The notes: generated by a model not told the origin, from the sequence alone. Positions 1 through 9,280 are shown, counted from the first letter of the stretch. The stretch: 32,000 nucleotides of DNA from Chitinophagaceae bacterium (GCA_016720745.1 JADKKA010000006.1:57604-89603); one strand, 5' to 3'. Numbers and translations: made by a program.

Positions 1-98
1 ATGCTGTCATTCGTCTGCTGTGCAGAAAGTGTTACTGTGAAAAAAACGGGAATGATACAAATGATCAATAGTGCAGTCCATGAAACAGACTTCAGCAT
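1..98 (-). CDS. 5' end (32 codons) of a secreted or envelope protein gene that continues beyond the left edge
   Basis: The reverse complement of 1..98 starts with ATG (96..98) and reads MLKSVSWTALLIICIIPVFFTVTLSAQQTNDS. It has a basic n-region, a hydrophobic core and an SAQ/Q cleavage-like site. It is too short for the ORF track and is divergent from the kinase operon. Confidence 0.35.
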   Translation of the reverse strand, partial: MLKSVSWTALLIICIIPVFFTVTLSAQQTNDS

Positions 99-324
99 AG
101 GAATAGTTTAATGAAAACTATTGATTTTGTCACCATAACAATTTGCGTTTTGGTAACCTTCCGGGCAGATTTTGTGGCAGCCTGATTTGATTTGACTGAT
201 GTACAGTCAGATAGCGGGTTCAAAAGGAGTCTGTTTTGCTGTGTATCGAGTTAATTGCCAATTTAAATGAGCTGGCGGCTAAATCTCCCTAATGTATTAT
301 TATCCCTTGTTTGTACTTTAGAGA

Positions 325-3300
325 ATGAGATTTTACAGTATCATCCTGGCCTTGCTGTTTTTGGGGCCGGTATCTGTAGTGGCACAGGAGGCGGGTGAGA
401 AGGCAAATAATATTCCTCAGCTTGCTTTCCGTGAAGTGAATTACCCTTTTCTGCCATCTATTACATCTGACTATTTTTATTTTTCAAGTGACGGGCTCAT
501 GTGGTTCTCCTCAGCCGGGGGTCTCACTTCCTTTGATGGCACCAGCGTGCTGTATCATAATAACAAAACAGAAGCCAATGAACTGGAGTTGAATTCGATA
601 AATACGATAACGGAAGATGAAAATAAGAATTTGTATATCGGTACCAGGACAAGACTGATCTATTTTGACAGGGCCAGGAAAACCTTATCAGGGGTGAATT
701 TGGGATTTAATAAATCTGGAAAGCCGGATATATATGGCATCACCAGTCTGTATTATGATCAGCAACGTAAGCTTGTATTTGTGGGCACAAATTCGCGGGG
801 ATTATTAGTATATGAAACAGCATCAACCCGATTCTCCCATTTCAATTTGAATACAGCCCAGCATGCTGACTGGGAAAACAGAACCGAGAATACCGTTCGT
901 GCTATTGCCCCGCATTTTTCAGATGAGAACCTGCTTTGGCTGGGTACATTTCAGGGGATTCAGTTATTCAATAAGAATACGAAGAAGATTACCAGGAATT
1001 TTTTCGTCAATAACCCTGTCAGCTCAGTAGATGGTACGGTAAAGAAGGATTATGAGGTGATCCAAATGGAAGTGATGAATGATTCCATCATCTGGTTTAA
1101 TAGCTGGTCGTCAGGATTGGGAAAATACAATGCCCGGTCTTCTGCTGTACAAATGTTCCTCAATAAAAAAGTGGCAGGCTTTGCAAATGCCGTTCCCAGA
1201 CAAGTCAGTCCATCCTTTTGCAGGCTGGGTAATGGCTACTTTTTTATAGGTGCCCATAATAACAAGTCCGGCATTTTTGATCCCAATACCGGTATGCATT
1301 ATCCTGTCAACATAAAGGAAATGATTGTGCCTGATGATAAAGTAACTTTTGTGTCGCCTGATCGCAAAGGGAATCTCTGGCTGATCCGCAACGGGGCCCT
1401 TGTTACAACTATGCCTGATTATGCCAGATTGCAAACCACCGATATCAGCCGGCAGCTGACACCGGATTATAATAACAATGAATTAAGAGGGATTTGTTAT
1501 GATTCAGTTACAAAGCGGTATTACGGTGCAGTCAGGCATTCCTCCGGGGTATATGTTTTTGACAGCAGTTTTAAACTGCTGGAAATTATTCCAACACCAT
1601 TGTATACGAACAGGTATACATTAAATGAAACCTGTACCGACAAAATTACGATTGATGGCAGCGGGAGAATTTGGGTTACCGGTCACGAAACGTACATTTT
1701 AATGCCGGGCCGGAAGAAATTCGATTATATCAGAAATGTGTTACCCTCTCTGGCCTGGCTGGAGAAAAAGGGAGAGTTTTACTTTATGCTCAGCAACCGG
1801 GAGGGTGATATTATGATGCAGGGGGATAATGCGAATCTATATGTCATTAACCACAAAAGTCTTGAAACGGATACTGCCGCTATCGTGAAATTTGACTATG
1901 AGGGAAATTATGTAAATACTAATTCGCCTTTGTTATATGATGCTGTAAGGTCCCTGGTTTACTATTCCAATAATTATGGGACCATACAATATGATTTAAA
2001 GAAAAAAAAGAGAAACATCATCAGCCCGGATGCATTTTTGGGACCTGACCGAAGTGGCAGGCCGCTTGTAAAATTTTCGCTGGATGATCTCGGTAGAATT
2101 TGGGTGCTTCGTGTGAATCAGGGAATCCGGATTATTGATCCACAGACTTTGAAATGTGTTGACTCATTTCCTATTGGATCCCGGGGATTGTTGCCGGAGA
2201 ACTACACTTATATTTCCGGCGGCGGGAAAGACTATATGATACTGGAGGGAAATTCAGGTATTGTGGTTTACAACTATACTACCCGGCATTCTTTGATGTT
2301 TAATCATACCAATGGATTGAAACATGTCAGGCCCTATGCAATCATGTACTGCAAAAATCACCTGGTGCTTGGGCTGTCAAATGCCGTTCAGTATTACCGG
2401 ATACCTGATTTTGTAAAAAATAATTTCACATTAAAACCCAGGGTAAATAATGTTCATGCGGATACAGTCATTGTTTACGAGCCAGGTTTAAATGATGAGG
2501 ATAGGGAAATCAGGATAAAATATTCCAGGAATAGTATTCGATTTTCTTTTTCGGTACCTGAGTATGTTTTTCCTGAAAGGGTGGAATATGCTTATCAGTT
2601 GTTTGGTTATGATAATGAATGGCATTTTGCCACTTATTTCAGACGGGAAGTAGCTTATTCCCGCTTACCTCCTGGAAAATACGTTTTCAGTCTTAAGGCC
2701 AGGTTGCAGGGCGGGAACTGGGATATCAATCCCGTAAACTATACCCTGATTATTGAGCCGGCATTCTGGCAAACAATCGGGTTTAAAGTGCTGCTCATGT
2801 TGCTGGTCCTGGCCGGTTTATTCCTCGGGCTGCAACTCCGTATCCGTGTAATCAGAAAACAGGAAAGGGAAAAAGCGGGATATGAAAAACAGTTTTTGGA
2901 ACTGGAGGCAAAGGCGTTAAGGGCACAGATGAATCCGCATTTTATATTCAATTGTATGAATTCCATCAAATCGCTTATACAGGAAGATCAAAGGGAGAAA
3001 GCGGTTGTTTATCTGACAACTTTTTCAAAATTGATCAGATTCCTTTTTAACAATGCAGACAAGAAAGAAATTTCCCTCTATGATGAACTGGAAACCTGCC
3101 GCTTGTACCTGCAACTGGAAGCCATGCGATTTGGGGTTCAATTCCAATATGAGATAGAAATTGATGAAGGGATAGATTTAAAATCAGTATTTATCCCGGC
3201 TTTAATTATCCAGCCATTTATTGAAAACGCCATCTGGCACGGAATCATTCCTAAGGGAAGCGGAGGAAAACTTTCCCTCGTTATAAAAAGAAAGAATGAT

Positions 3301-3534
3301 CAGGTTGAAATTATCATCGATGATGATGGTATTGGACGGCAGGTATCGTTGCAGAATAAATCCATATCCAATATCGCCCACCAGAGTAAAGGAGTGAATC
3401 TGACCCAGGCCCGGATTGAACTGGATAATCTTCTTCGACAGCAGGAAGCAGGTATTGAAGTGATCGATAAACATGATTCACTGGGATCGGCTGCCGGGAC
3501 AAAAGTTATTATCACACTAAAAATTCCGGAATGA
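325..3534 (+). CDS. Sensor histidine kinase with a large extracytoplasmic propeller-type sensor (two-component-regulator propeller repeats plus a Y_Y_Y-like domain), one TM helix and a LytS/YehU-type kinase core
   Basis: ATG at 325 and a signal-like N-terminus MRFYSIILALLFLGPVSVVAQ. About 790 aa of aromatic/Gly-rich repeat sensor follow, then the TM segment FKVLLMLLVLAGLFLGL. The core has LRAQMNPHFIFNCMNSI (the His box of the His_kinase/LytS family), QPFIENAIWHG, DDDGIG and GVNLTQ ATPase motifs. Confidence 0.9.
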   Translation: MRFYSIILALLFLGPVSVVAQEAGEKANNIPQLAFREVNYPFLPSITSDYFYFSSDGLMWFSSAGGLTSFDGTSVLYHNNKTEANELELNSINTITEDENKNLYIGTRTRLIYFDRARKTLSGVNLGFNKSGKPDIYGITSLYYDQQRKLVFVGTNSRGLLVYETASTRFSHFNLNTAQHADWENRTENTVRAIAPHFSDENLLWLGTFQGIQLFNKNTKKITRNFFVNNPVSSVDGTVKKDYEVIQMEVMNDSIIWFNSWSSGLGKYNARSSAVQMFLNKKVAGFANAVPRQVSPSFCRLGNGYFFIGAHNNKSGIFDPNTGMHYPVNIKEMIVPDDKVTFVSPDRKGNLWLIRNGALVTTMPDYARLQTTDISRQLTPDYNNNELRGICYDSVTKRYYGAVRHSSGVYVFDSSFKLLEIIPTPLYTNRYTLNETCTDKITIDGSGRIWVTGHETYILMPGRKKFDYIRNVLPSLAWLEKKGEFYFMLSNREGDIMMQGDNANLYVINHKSLETDTAAIVKFDYEGNYVNTNSPLLYDAVRSLVYYSNNYGTIQYDLKKKKRNIISPDAFLGPDRSGRPLVKFSLDDLGRIWVLRVNQGIRIIDPQTLKCVDSFPIGSRGLLPENYTYISGGGKDYMILEGNSGIVVYNYTTRHSLMFNHTNGLKHVRPYAIMYCKNHLVLGLSNAVQYYRIPDFVKNNFTLKPRVNNVHADTVIVYEPGLNDEDREIRIKYSRNSIRFSFSVPEYVFPERVEYAYQLFGYDNEWHFATYFRREVAYSRLPPGKYVFSLKARLQGGNWDINPVNYTLIIEPAFWQTIGFKVLLMLLVLAGLFLGLQLRIRVIRKQEREKAGYEKQFLELEAKALRAQMNPHFIFNCMNSIKSLIQEDQREKAVVYLTTFSKLIRFLFNNADKKEISLYDELETCRLYLQLEAMRFGVQFQYEIEIDEGIDLKSVFIPALIIQPFIENAIWHGIIPKGSGGKLSLVIKRKNDQVEIIIDDDGIGRQVSLQNKSISNIAHQSKGVNLTQARIELDNLLRQQEAGIEVIDKHDSLGSAAGTKVIITLKIPE

Positions 3535-4697
3535 GTGCTCTTAGACAAGCCTTATTTTCATTTCAGCAATCCAGATACCTGACCTGGCAACTGGCCGGGT
3601 GGGGAAGTTTTGCCCTCCTGCATACATCAGTGGAAGCACTGAAGCAAACAAATAGTTCAACTCCCTTTTTTGTTTTTGCGCTGGCTGCTCTGCTGATTAT
3701 TATTTGCGGTATCACCCTTACTCATCTGATGCGGGCAATCATCATTTACTGGGGGCTGATGAAACTACGTTTAGGTCAGCAGGCTTTTTTTCTTTTCGCA
3801 TTAACGGCATTCTTTACAATCCTGTTCTGGATTTTGTTTACAGTGTTCTTTTATTGTCTGATTGGGGCAGAGAGTTTATTGCCCCGGGTTTTTTCAGCCA
3901 TATTGCGGTTTGAGCTGGCCGGTATCAGGGGCATGGTTTCACAATGGCTCACTTTTTCCGTGCCCTTTGTAGTCTGGAACTTATCTTATACACTGATTCA
4001 TTATGATCAACGCAACAAGAATGCGGAATGGCAAAAACTGGTCAGAGAAAAGGAAATGGTGGAGCTCGAGGCCCGTGCCCTCCGTGCCCAGATGAATCCA
4101 CATTTTGTTTTCAATTGCATGAATTCCATCAAATCACTGATTCAGGACGGAGAACAGGAAAAGGCCGTGAACTATCTCACGACATTTTCCAAACTGATCC
4201 GAAACCTTTTCAGTCAGTCCGATAAAAATGAAATCACATTGTTTGATGAAATTGAAACCTGCCGTCACTACCTGCAACTGGAAGCCATGCGTTTTGATGC
4301 AAGCTTTTCCTATACCATTGAAATTGATGAGCATATTGATCTCAAATCGGTTTCTATTCCAGCCCTGATCATACAGCCATTTATTGAAAATGCCATCTGG
4401 CACGGATTGGTTCCCCGTGGTACCGGTGGCGAGTTACTGGTTAAAATTCAAATGGAGGTCAGGAATATCGAAATAGTCATTGATGATAATGGAATCGGCA
4501 GGGAAGCTTCCCGGCTGATGAAAAACAAGTCAACTTCAGTTCATCATAGCAAGGGTGTCAATCTAACCCAGTCAAGGTTATTGCTGGATAATATCCTGCA
4601 AAAAAGAAAAGCCAGTCTTCAGTATACAGATAAACGGGATAATGAAGGCAAAGCCACTGGTACTAAAGTGGTTATCAGCATTGTCGTAGAAGAATAA
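3531..4697 (+). CDS. Membrane-embedded sensor histidine kinase (multi-TM bundle with no large external domain) with a LytS/YehU-type kinase core
   Basis: Its ATG overlaps the upstream stop as ATGA (3531..3534). The first ~165 aa are hydrophobic helices (FFVFALAALLIIICGITLTHL, AFFLFALTAFFTILFWILFTVFFYCLIG, WLTFSVPFVVWNLSYTLI). The core has LRAQMNPHFVFNCMNSI, QPFIENAIWHG, DDNGIG and GVNLTQ. Confidence 0.9.
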   Translation: MSALRQALFSFQQSRYLTWQLAGWGSFALLHTSVEALKQTNSSTPFFVFALAALLIIICGITLTHLMRAIIIYWGLMKLRLGQQAFFLFALTAFFTILFWILFTVFFYCLIGAESLLPRVFSAILRFELAGIRGMVSQWLTFSVPFVVWNLSYTLIHYDQRNKNAEWQKLVREKEMVELEARALRAQMNPHFVFNCMNSIKSLIQDGEQEKAVNYLTTFSKLIRNLFSQSDKNEITLFDEIETCRHYLQLEAMRFDASFSYTIEIDEHIDLKSVSIPALIIQPFIENAIWHGLVPRGTGGELLVKIQMEVRNIEIVIDDNGIGREASRLMKNKSTSVHHSKGVNLTQSRLLLDNILQKRKASLQYTDKRDNEGKATGTKVVISIVVEE

Positions 4698-4805
4698 GGA
4701 TGAATATGAATGACTTTACAGGAAACAGAAATTGTTAAATCAAATTGGCCAACTGCCAAACTTCAATCATCAGAAGGGTCAAAACCCGTAATTTCAAAAA
4801 CAGTT

Positions 4806-5552
4806 ATGATCAGGGCTATAATTATTGATGATGAACCGCATTGTATCAGGGCATTGCTCAGGGACCTGCAATTGAATTGTCCCATCGTTGAAGTAGCAGA
4901 TACCTGCAATTCGGCCAAAGATGGGTTACAGGCGATAAAGCTGCATCAACCCGACCTGGTTTTCCTGGATGTGGAAATGCCCTGGATGAATGGCTTTGAA
5001 ATGCTGGACCTGCTGGGTGAAATCAATTTCTCCATCATATTTACCACCGCCCATGATGAGTTCGCCGCCAAAGCATTCCGGATCAGTGCCGTTGATTATC
5101 TGCTGAAGCCGATTGACGCCAATGATCTGAAAGCAGCGGTTAAGAAAGTGGAAAAAAAGATGGAGGAGGGTTCGGGTGTCAGACATATCACCAACCTGCT
5201 GGCCAATATAAAACAACCTTCAGGCAGTCAGAAAATAGCACTTCCACAAAGAGAGGGGTATGAATTTGTGGATGTAAGCTCGATTGTTTATTGCAGCGCG
5301 GAAGGAGCTTATACCAAAGTGCTGATTCTGGATAAAAAACCCATGCTGATTTCGCGTACACTGGGGGATGTGGAGGAACTGCTACCCCCGGAAATGTTTC
5401 AGCGAATACATCATTCCTCGCTGGTAAATGTGGATTATATTTCACAGTTTCTGCGAACGGACGGAGGCTATGTGGTTTTGAAAACAGGCGAAAAACTGTC
5501 GGTGAGCAAGGCGAAAAGGGAAAACCTGATGGCCAGACTGGGTTTAAAATAA
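4806..5552 (+). CDS. LytTR-family response regulator (REC domain plus LytTR DNA-binding domain)
   Basis: MIRAIIIDDEP ... LVFLDVEMPWMNG ... DYLLKP form the receiver domain. The C-terminal segment IVYCSAEGAYTKV ... FQRIHHSSLVNVDYI is LytTR-like. The ORF track opens at ATG 4710, but the family-typical start is ATG 4806. The extra 32 aa look non-conserved. Confidence 0.9.
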   Translation: MIRAIIIDDEPHCIRALLRDLQLNCPIVEVADTCNSAKDGLQAIKLHQPDLVFLDVEMPWMNGFEMLDLLGEINFSIIFTTAHDEFAAKAFRISAVDYLLKPIDANDLKAAVKKVEKKMEEGSGVRHITNLLANIKQPSGSQKIALPQREGYEFVDVSSIVYCSAEGAYTKVLILDKKPMLISRTLGDVEELLPPEMFQRIHHSSLVNVDYISQFLRTDGGYVVLKTGEKLSVSKAKRENLMARLGLK

Positions 5553-5557
5553 ATAAA

Positions 5558-6664
5558 ATGATCAAACTGAAATTTCACCCCGATAATGGCACGGCTTTCT
5601 ATAAAGAGCTGAAGCAACGACTGGATGAATATTTTACAAACACCCAAACCAGCCGGGAAGGAAATGGAATCATGCGGTTTAAAATCTTTCTTTATTTCGG
5701 ACTGGATATTCTATTTTATGTTTTGATGATTAATAGCCGGACTCCGGGGGCATTCTATCTTTTTTACCTGCTGCTGGGTTTATCCATTCTGCTGACTGCC
5801 TTTAATATTTCGCATGATGCAGCACATGGGGTGGCGGTGAAAAGTAAGTTCTGGAATAAGCTCCTGTTTCAACTCAGTTTTCAACTGCAGGGGAATAATG
5901 CCTATGTATGGGGTAAGAACCATAATGAATCCCACCATTTGTATACCAATGTTGAAGGCAGTGATATTGATGTGCTGAATAATCCCGCAGTACGGATGAC
6001 CGATACCCAAGCACTGAAATGGTTCCATCGTTTCCAGCATATTTATACTCCTTTTTTGTACCTGCTCTATTCCCTGAACTGGTTTCTGTTCAGGGAAACA
6101 CTGATGATTTTCAATTATTCCAGCCGCACGATTCAAATCAGGATTCCGCGGAATGAAGTAGCGAAACTGATCTTTTTTAAACTATTCTATATCGGCTATA
6201 TGATTGTATTACCGGCCCTCCTGCTTCCTTTTGGCTGGGGAACGGTATTGCTGGCATTTTTGCTGAACCATTTCATGGTGTCGGTGATATTTGTAGGCGT
6301 GCTGGGTGTTTCTCATTTATCCGATTATGTTCACCATCCCAAACCAGATGATAATGGGAATCTTTCCATGAGCTGGCCCAAGTTGCAGATGCTTACCTCG
6401 GTGGATTATAATTCGGGGTCGGTATTTTTTAACTGGACACTCGGCGGTTTTAATGCCCATGCCCTTCATCATCTGTTACCCAATATCAGTCATGTCCATT
6501 ACCTGAAAATACTACCCCTCTTCCGGGAAGTATGCAGGAAGCATGGTATTGTATATATGGAAATGCCCTATCACCGGGCCCTGGCGGCTCATTTTCGATT
6601 CCTGAAAAAAATGGGACAGTCGGCATCACCCCAACCCCTTGCATTTGAAGGACCGGCATATTAA
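5558..6664 (+). CDS. Membrane fatty-acid (acyl-lipid) desaturase of the DesD/Des-like type, without a cytochrome b5 fusion
   Basis: Three His boxes are present: HDAAH, HNESHH and GGFNAHALHHLLPNISHVHY. Hydrophobic spans lie between the boxes, and the N-terminus FYKELKQRLDEYF is typical of this desaturase class. The ATG lies 5 nt after the regulator stop. Confidence 0.9.
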   Translation: MIKLKFHPDNGTAFYKELKQRLDEYFTNTQTSREGNGIMRFKIFLYFGLDILFYVLMINSRTPGAFYLFYLLLGLSILLTAFNISHDAAHGVAVKSKFWNKLLFQLSFQLQGNNAYVWGKNHNESHHLYTNVEGSDIDVLNNPAVRMTDTQALKWFHRFQHIYTPFLYLLYSLNWFLFRETLMIFNYSSRTIQIRIPRNEVAKLIFFKLFYIGYMIVLPALLLPFGWGTVLLAFLLNHFMVSVIFVGVLGVSHLSDYVHHPKPDDNGNLSMSWPKLQMLTSVDYNSGSVFFNWTLGGFNAHALHHLLPNISHVHYLKILPLFREVCRKHGIVYMEMPYHRALAAHFRFLKKMGQSASPQPLAFEGPAY

Positions 6665-6686
6665 TATCAGCGATGACAGCCGGCTG

Positions 6687-7712
6687 ATGAAGCTGGTGTA
6701 CCAGGGAATTGAAAGTGAATTGCAAATCAATCCCCGGGCAACGACTTTTTTACTCCTGCTGAAGTTCCTCGTATATCTTTTCCTGGTTGTTTTCTTTTAC
6801 CTGTTGATCTATACTACAGATCAACCGGTAATATTTTTTGTAGCGTATACAGCTTATGGTTTGTCGGCCGTCCTGTTTGGATTTAATTATGCCCATGATT
6901 GCTCACATAACACGGTTTTTAAAAGCAAATCCCTGAACAGCGGCTTTTTCATTTTTATTTACAGCCTGGTGGGGGCGCATGCGGAAGCCTGGCGATACCG
7001 GCATATTCACTCACATCATTATGCCCCTAATGTAAAGGAATATGATACAGACCTGCAGATCACCTCATTGATCCGGGTGGAACCGGATAGTCACTGGCGC
7101 TGGTATCACCGTTTTCAACATTGGTATGCACCGCTGGCCTATATGACCTATTCTGTTTATTGGGTTTTTATCAAGGACTTTTTGATTTATGCAAAAGACT
7201 GCCGATGCCAACCAACGAAACCATTCTGGTATCATGTCTCTTTCTGGCTGCAGAAAGTATTTTACCTGGGCTACCTTTTATTCCTGCCACTTTATTTCAG
7301 TGGCATGGATTGGTACCTGGTACTGGCTGCTTTTCTGCTAATGCATGCCGTGCAGTCTTTATTCCTGTTGTTTACTTTTTTCATGACCCACCATGTAGAA
7401 GCTACCGCTTATTTTAAAGCAGATGAGGAAGGCTATATTCCTTCTTCCTGGTTCATGAATCAGGTAAAAAGCTCCAATGACTTTTACCCCTTCAGTAAAA
7501 CGGCTAATTTTATATTCGGCGGCTTTAATAACCATATTGCCCACCATCTTTTTCCGCATATACACCATGTGCATTACCCTAAACTGAACAGGATCCTGTA
7601 CCGTGTTCTGCAGGAGAACCAGATCCGCCCCAATGAAACAGGCTTCTTTACTGGTATTATTTCACACCTGGCTCATCTGAGAAAGTTGAGTCATCAGCCT
7701 AGCGACAAATGA
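6687..7712 (+). CDS. Second membrane fatty-acid desaturase, a diverged paralogue of 5558..6664
   Basis: His boxes HDCSH, HIHSHH and GGFNNHIAHHLFPHIHHVHY. The track start at 6639 is TTG and overlaps the upstream gene. The first ATG is 6687, 22 nt after the upstream stop. Confidence 0.88.
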   Translation: MKLVYQGIESELQINPRATTFLLLLKFLVYLFLVVFFYLLIYTTDQPVIFFVAYTAYGLSAVLFGFNYAHDCSHNTVFKSKSLNSGFFIFIYSLVGAHAEAWRYRHIHSHHYAPNVKEYDTDLQITSLIRVEPDSHWRWYHRFQHWYAPLAYMTYSVYWVFIKDFLIYAKDCRCQPTKPFWYHVSFWLQKVFYLGYLLFLPLYFSGMDWYLVLAAFLLMHAVQSLFLLFTFFMTHHVEATAYFKADEEGYIPSSWFMNQVKSSNDFYPFSKTANFIFGGFNNHIAHHLFPHIHHVHYPKLNRILYRVLQENQIRPNETGFFTGIISHLAHLRKLSHQPSDK

Positions 7713-8329
7713 AGAAAACGAGTTTTCAGCTGCTGCTTCTATTCTGTTGCATCAACAGCAATCTGCTGCTGGCACAATCATCCGAACCCCGGCTACGAAT
7801 CCTGGTCGTCAATTGTTTTGACCCGGCATCCACCAGCTTCCGGAAGAATAAAAAAGAGTTACTCTCTGAAGTAGCAGACAGCCTGCGATTTTATCTGCTT
7901 GAAATGATTGAAAAGTCAAATACCGGAATGGGAAGTATGGTAGATAATAAGTTTACTGATTTGAGCGGTAGTACAGACAGGCTGGATAGTCTCAGGGTAC
8001 AACAGCAGGCTGACTTTGTAATGGCCATTTTAAATGTGGAGGCTGAATTTGTAAAAACAGAGGTAGAAGTAGAAAGGCAGGATGATGGCTCAAAAAAACG
8101 TACAGCCCGTTATGATCTTTGTACTACCATTAATTATTTACTGGCTGGAAAGAATTCGACCTATATTGAAAGGAAGGAGATGGTTTGCGAGTTTTTTACA
8201 GAAAGGACCGTCATGAGTGGCTTACTGGCTGCCGGCCCCGACCTGGTTGGAAAACACAAATGGGTTTTCAGGGCTGCCAGGAAAAATGCAGCTGCTTATT
8301 TTGATTATATACGCAGCTCTCTGCAATAA
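7709..8329 (+). CDS. Secreted protein of unknown function, the last gene of the kinase-desaturase unit
   Basis: ATGA overlap with the desaturase-2 stop (7709..7712). It has the signal peptide MKKTSFQLLLLFCCINSNLLLAQ. I recognise no family motif. Confidence 0.65.
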   Translation: MKKTSFQLLLLFCCINSNLLLAQSSEPRLRILVVNCFDPASTSFRKNKKELLSEVADSLRFYLLEMIEKSNTGMGSMVDNKFTDLSGSTDRLDSLRVQQQADFVMAILNVEAEFVKTEVEVERQDDGSKKRTARYDLCTTINYLLAGKNSTYIERKEMVCEFFTERTVMSGLLAAGPDLVGKHKWVFRAARKNAAAYFDYIRSSLQ

Positions 8330-8330
8330 A

Positions 8331-9221
8331 TCAATCCGGAAATAAACTCCAGAATAACAATACCACCCTTCTGCGGGGATCATCAACTTTATAGTCTGCT
8401 ATTTTTGGATCCGGTAAGCCTTCTCCTTTTCCTTCGAACATGTAGAGTACGTTCTTGATATAGATCCCGTTCTGGGATTTCGTAGCCGCGAATTGTTTAA
8501 ACAGCACCCATACTGCTTCGGCCCTGGCCCTGGATAATTCTTTATTGAGTTCCCTGGCGTCTGGTTCTTTATTCGTCATCGCTAATCGTTCTCTCAGCGA
8601 ACGGTATAAGGTTGATCCTTCTCCAATCGTGGTGCCATCTGCATAGCCTTTAAATGTAATGACCAGGGAGAGGGGGAAATCAGGATACTTCGTTGTAAAA
8701 CGGTCGATCTCTGCCGCAGCTGGCTCAAATAATTTGGTCATGTTTTTAACCATATCCGGACTCACATTATAACTTCCGGGCTGAAACAAGACATCCTGGT
8801 CCAGTTTAACTACCATGTTCCTGTTCAGCAAATCCTGCAGGAATGATATTTTCTGATTGATGCGCTGTTCAGCTGTCCTTGTTGAAGACAATACTTTTTT
8901 CAGCCGGTCCCAATCGGATTTATCTACTTCGGTACCGTTGATCAGGATGGTATTCTGATTGATCAGGGTATCAATTTCCTTATCCGTTTTGTCGATAAAA
9001 TTTTTGATACGGGCATTCGCTGTACTGTCAATTCCGTTTTCATCATCTTTTTTCTGTCTGACTTCATCCAGCTTTTTCAGGTTCTGACTATGAACCGTCA
9101 GCTGACTGTCGAGGGTAGTGAGCTGCTTTTTACTGCTGATTACTTTTTGCTGGGGTACACAGGAAAATAATCCTGACAGGATGCATGCAATGAGTAGAAG
9201 GGGGAGGGCTGTTTTACGCAT
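8331..9221 (-). CDS. Lipoprotein with an N-terminal coiled-coil-like region and a C-terminal OmpA/MotB-like domain
   Basis: Lipobox LSGLFSC. The middle is K/E/Q-rich. The C-terminus has VLFQPGSYNVSP ... FKGYADGT ... NKELSRARAEAV ... RRVVLL, which resembles the OmpA-like peptidoglycan-binding pattern. Confidence 0.72.
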   Translation of the reverse strand: MRKTALPLLLIACILSGLFSCVPQQKVISSKKQLTTLDSQLTVHSQNLKKLDEVRQKKDDENGIDSTANARIKNFIDKTDKEIDTLINQNTILINGTEVDKSDWDRLKKVLSSTRTAEQRINQKISFLQDLLNRNMVVKLDQDVLFQPGSYNVSPDMVKNMTKLFEPAAAEIDRFTTKYPDFPLSLVITFKGYADGTTIGEGSTLYRSLRERLAMTNKEPDARELNKELSRARAEAVWVLFKQFAATKSQNGIYIKNVLYMFEGKGEGLPDPKIADYKVDDPRRRVVLLFWSLFPD

Positions 9222-9280
9222 AGAACAGCGGTTTTATGGTGCTATCTAAAGATAGAAAATCAAACGCTGAAAAACAATAT

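Noticed and set aside
6639-6686. Longer N-termini proposed by the ORF track (6639, 10628, 19144, 22242, 22976, 26624, 26793)
   Set aside because: All of these begin at TTG, several overlap the upstream gene, and each is followed by an ATG giving a family-typical N-terminus (a signal peptide, MCGIAG, or MNSVFKALNDPTRR).
9242-9255. 6-2-6 palindrome ctatct aa agatag in the promoter region of the OmpA-like gene
   Set aside because: It is short and AT-rich, too weak for a terminator, and not distinguishable from chance. It overlaps a one-mismatch -7 box (TATCTTTA on the minus strand), which may be its only significance.
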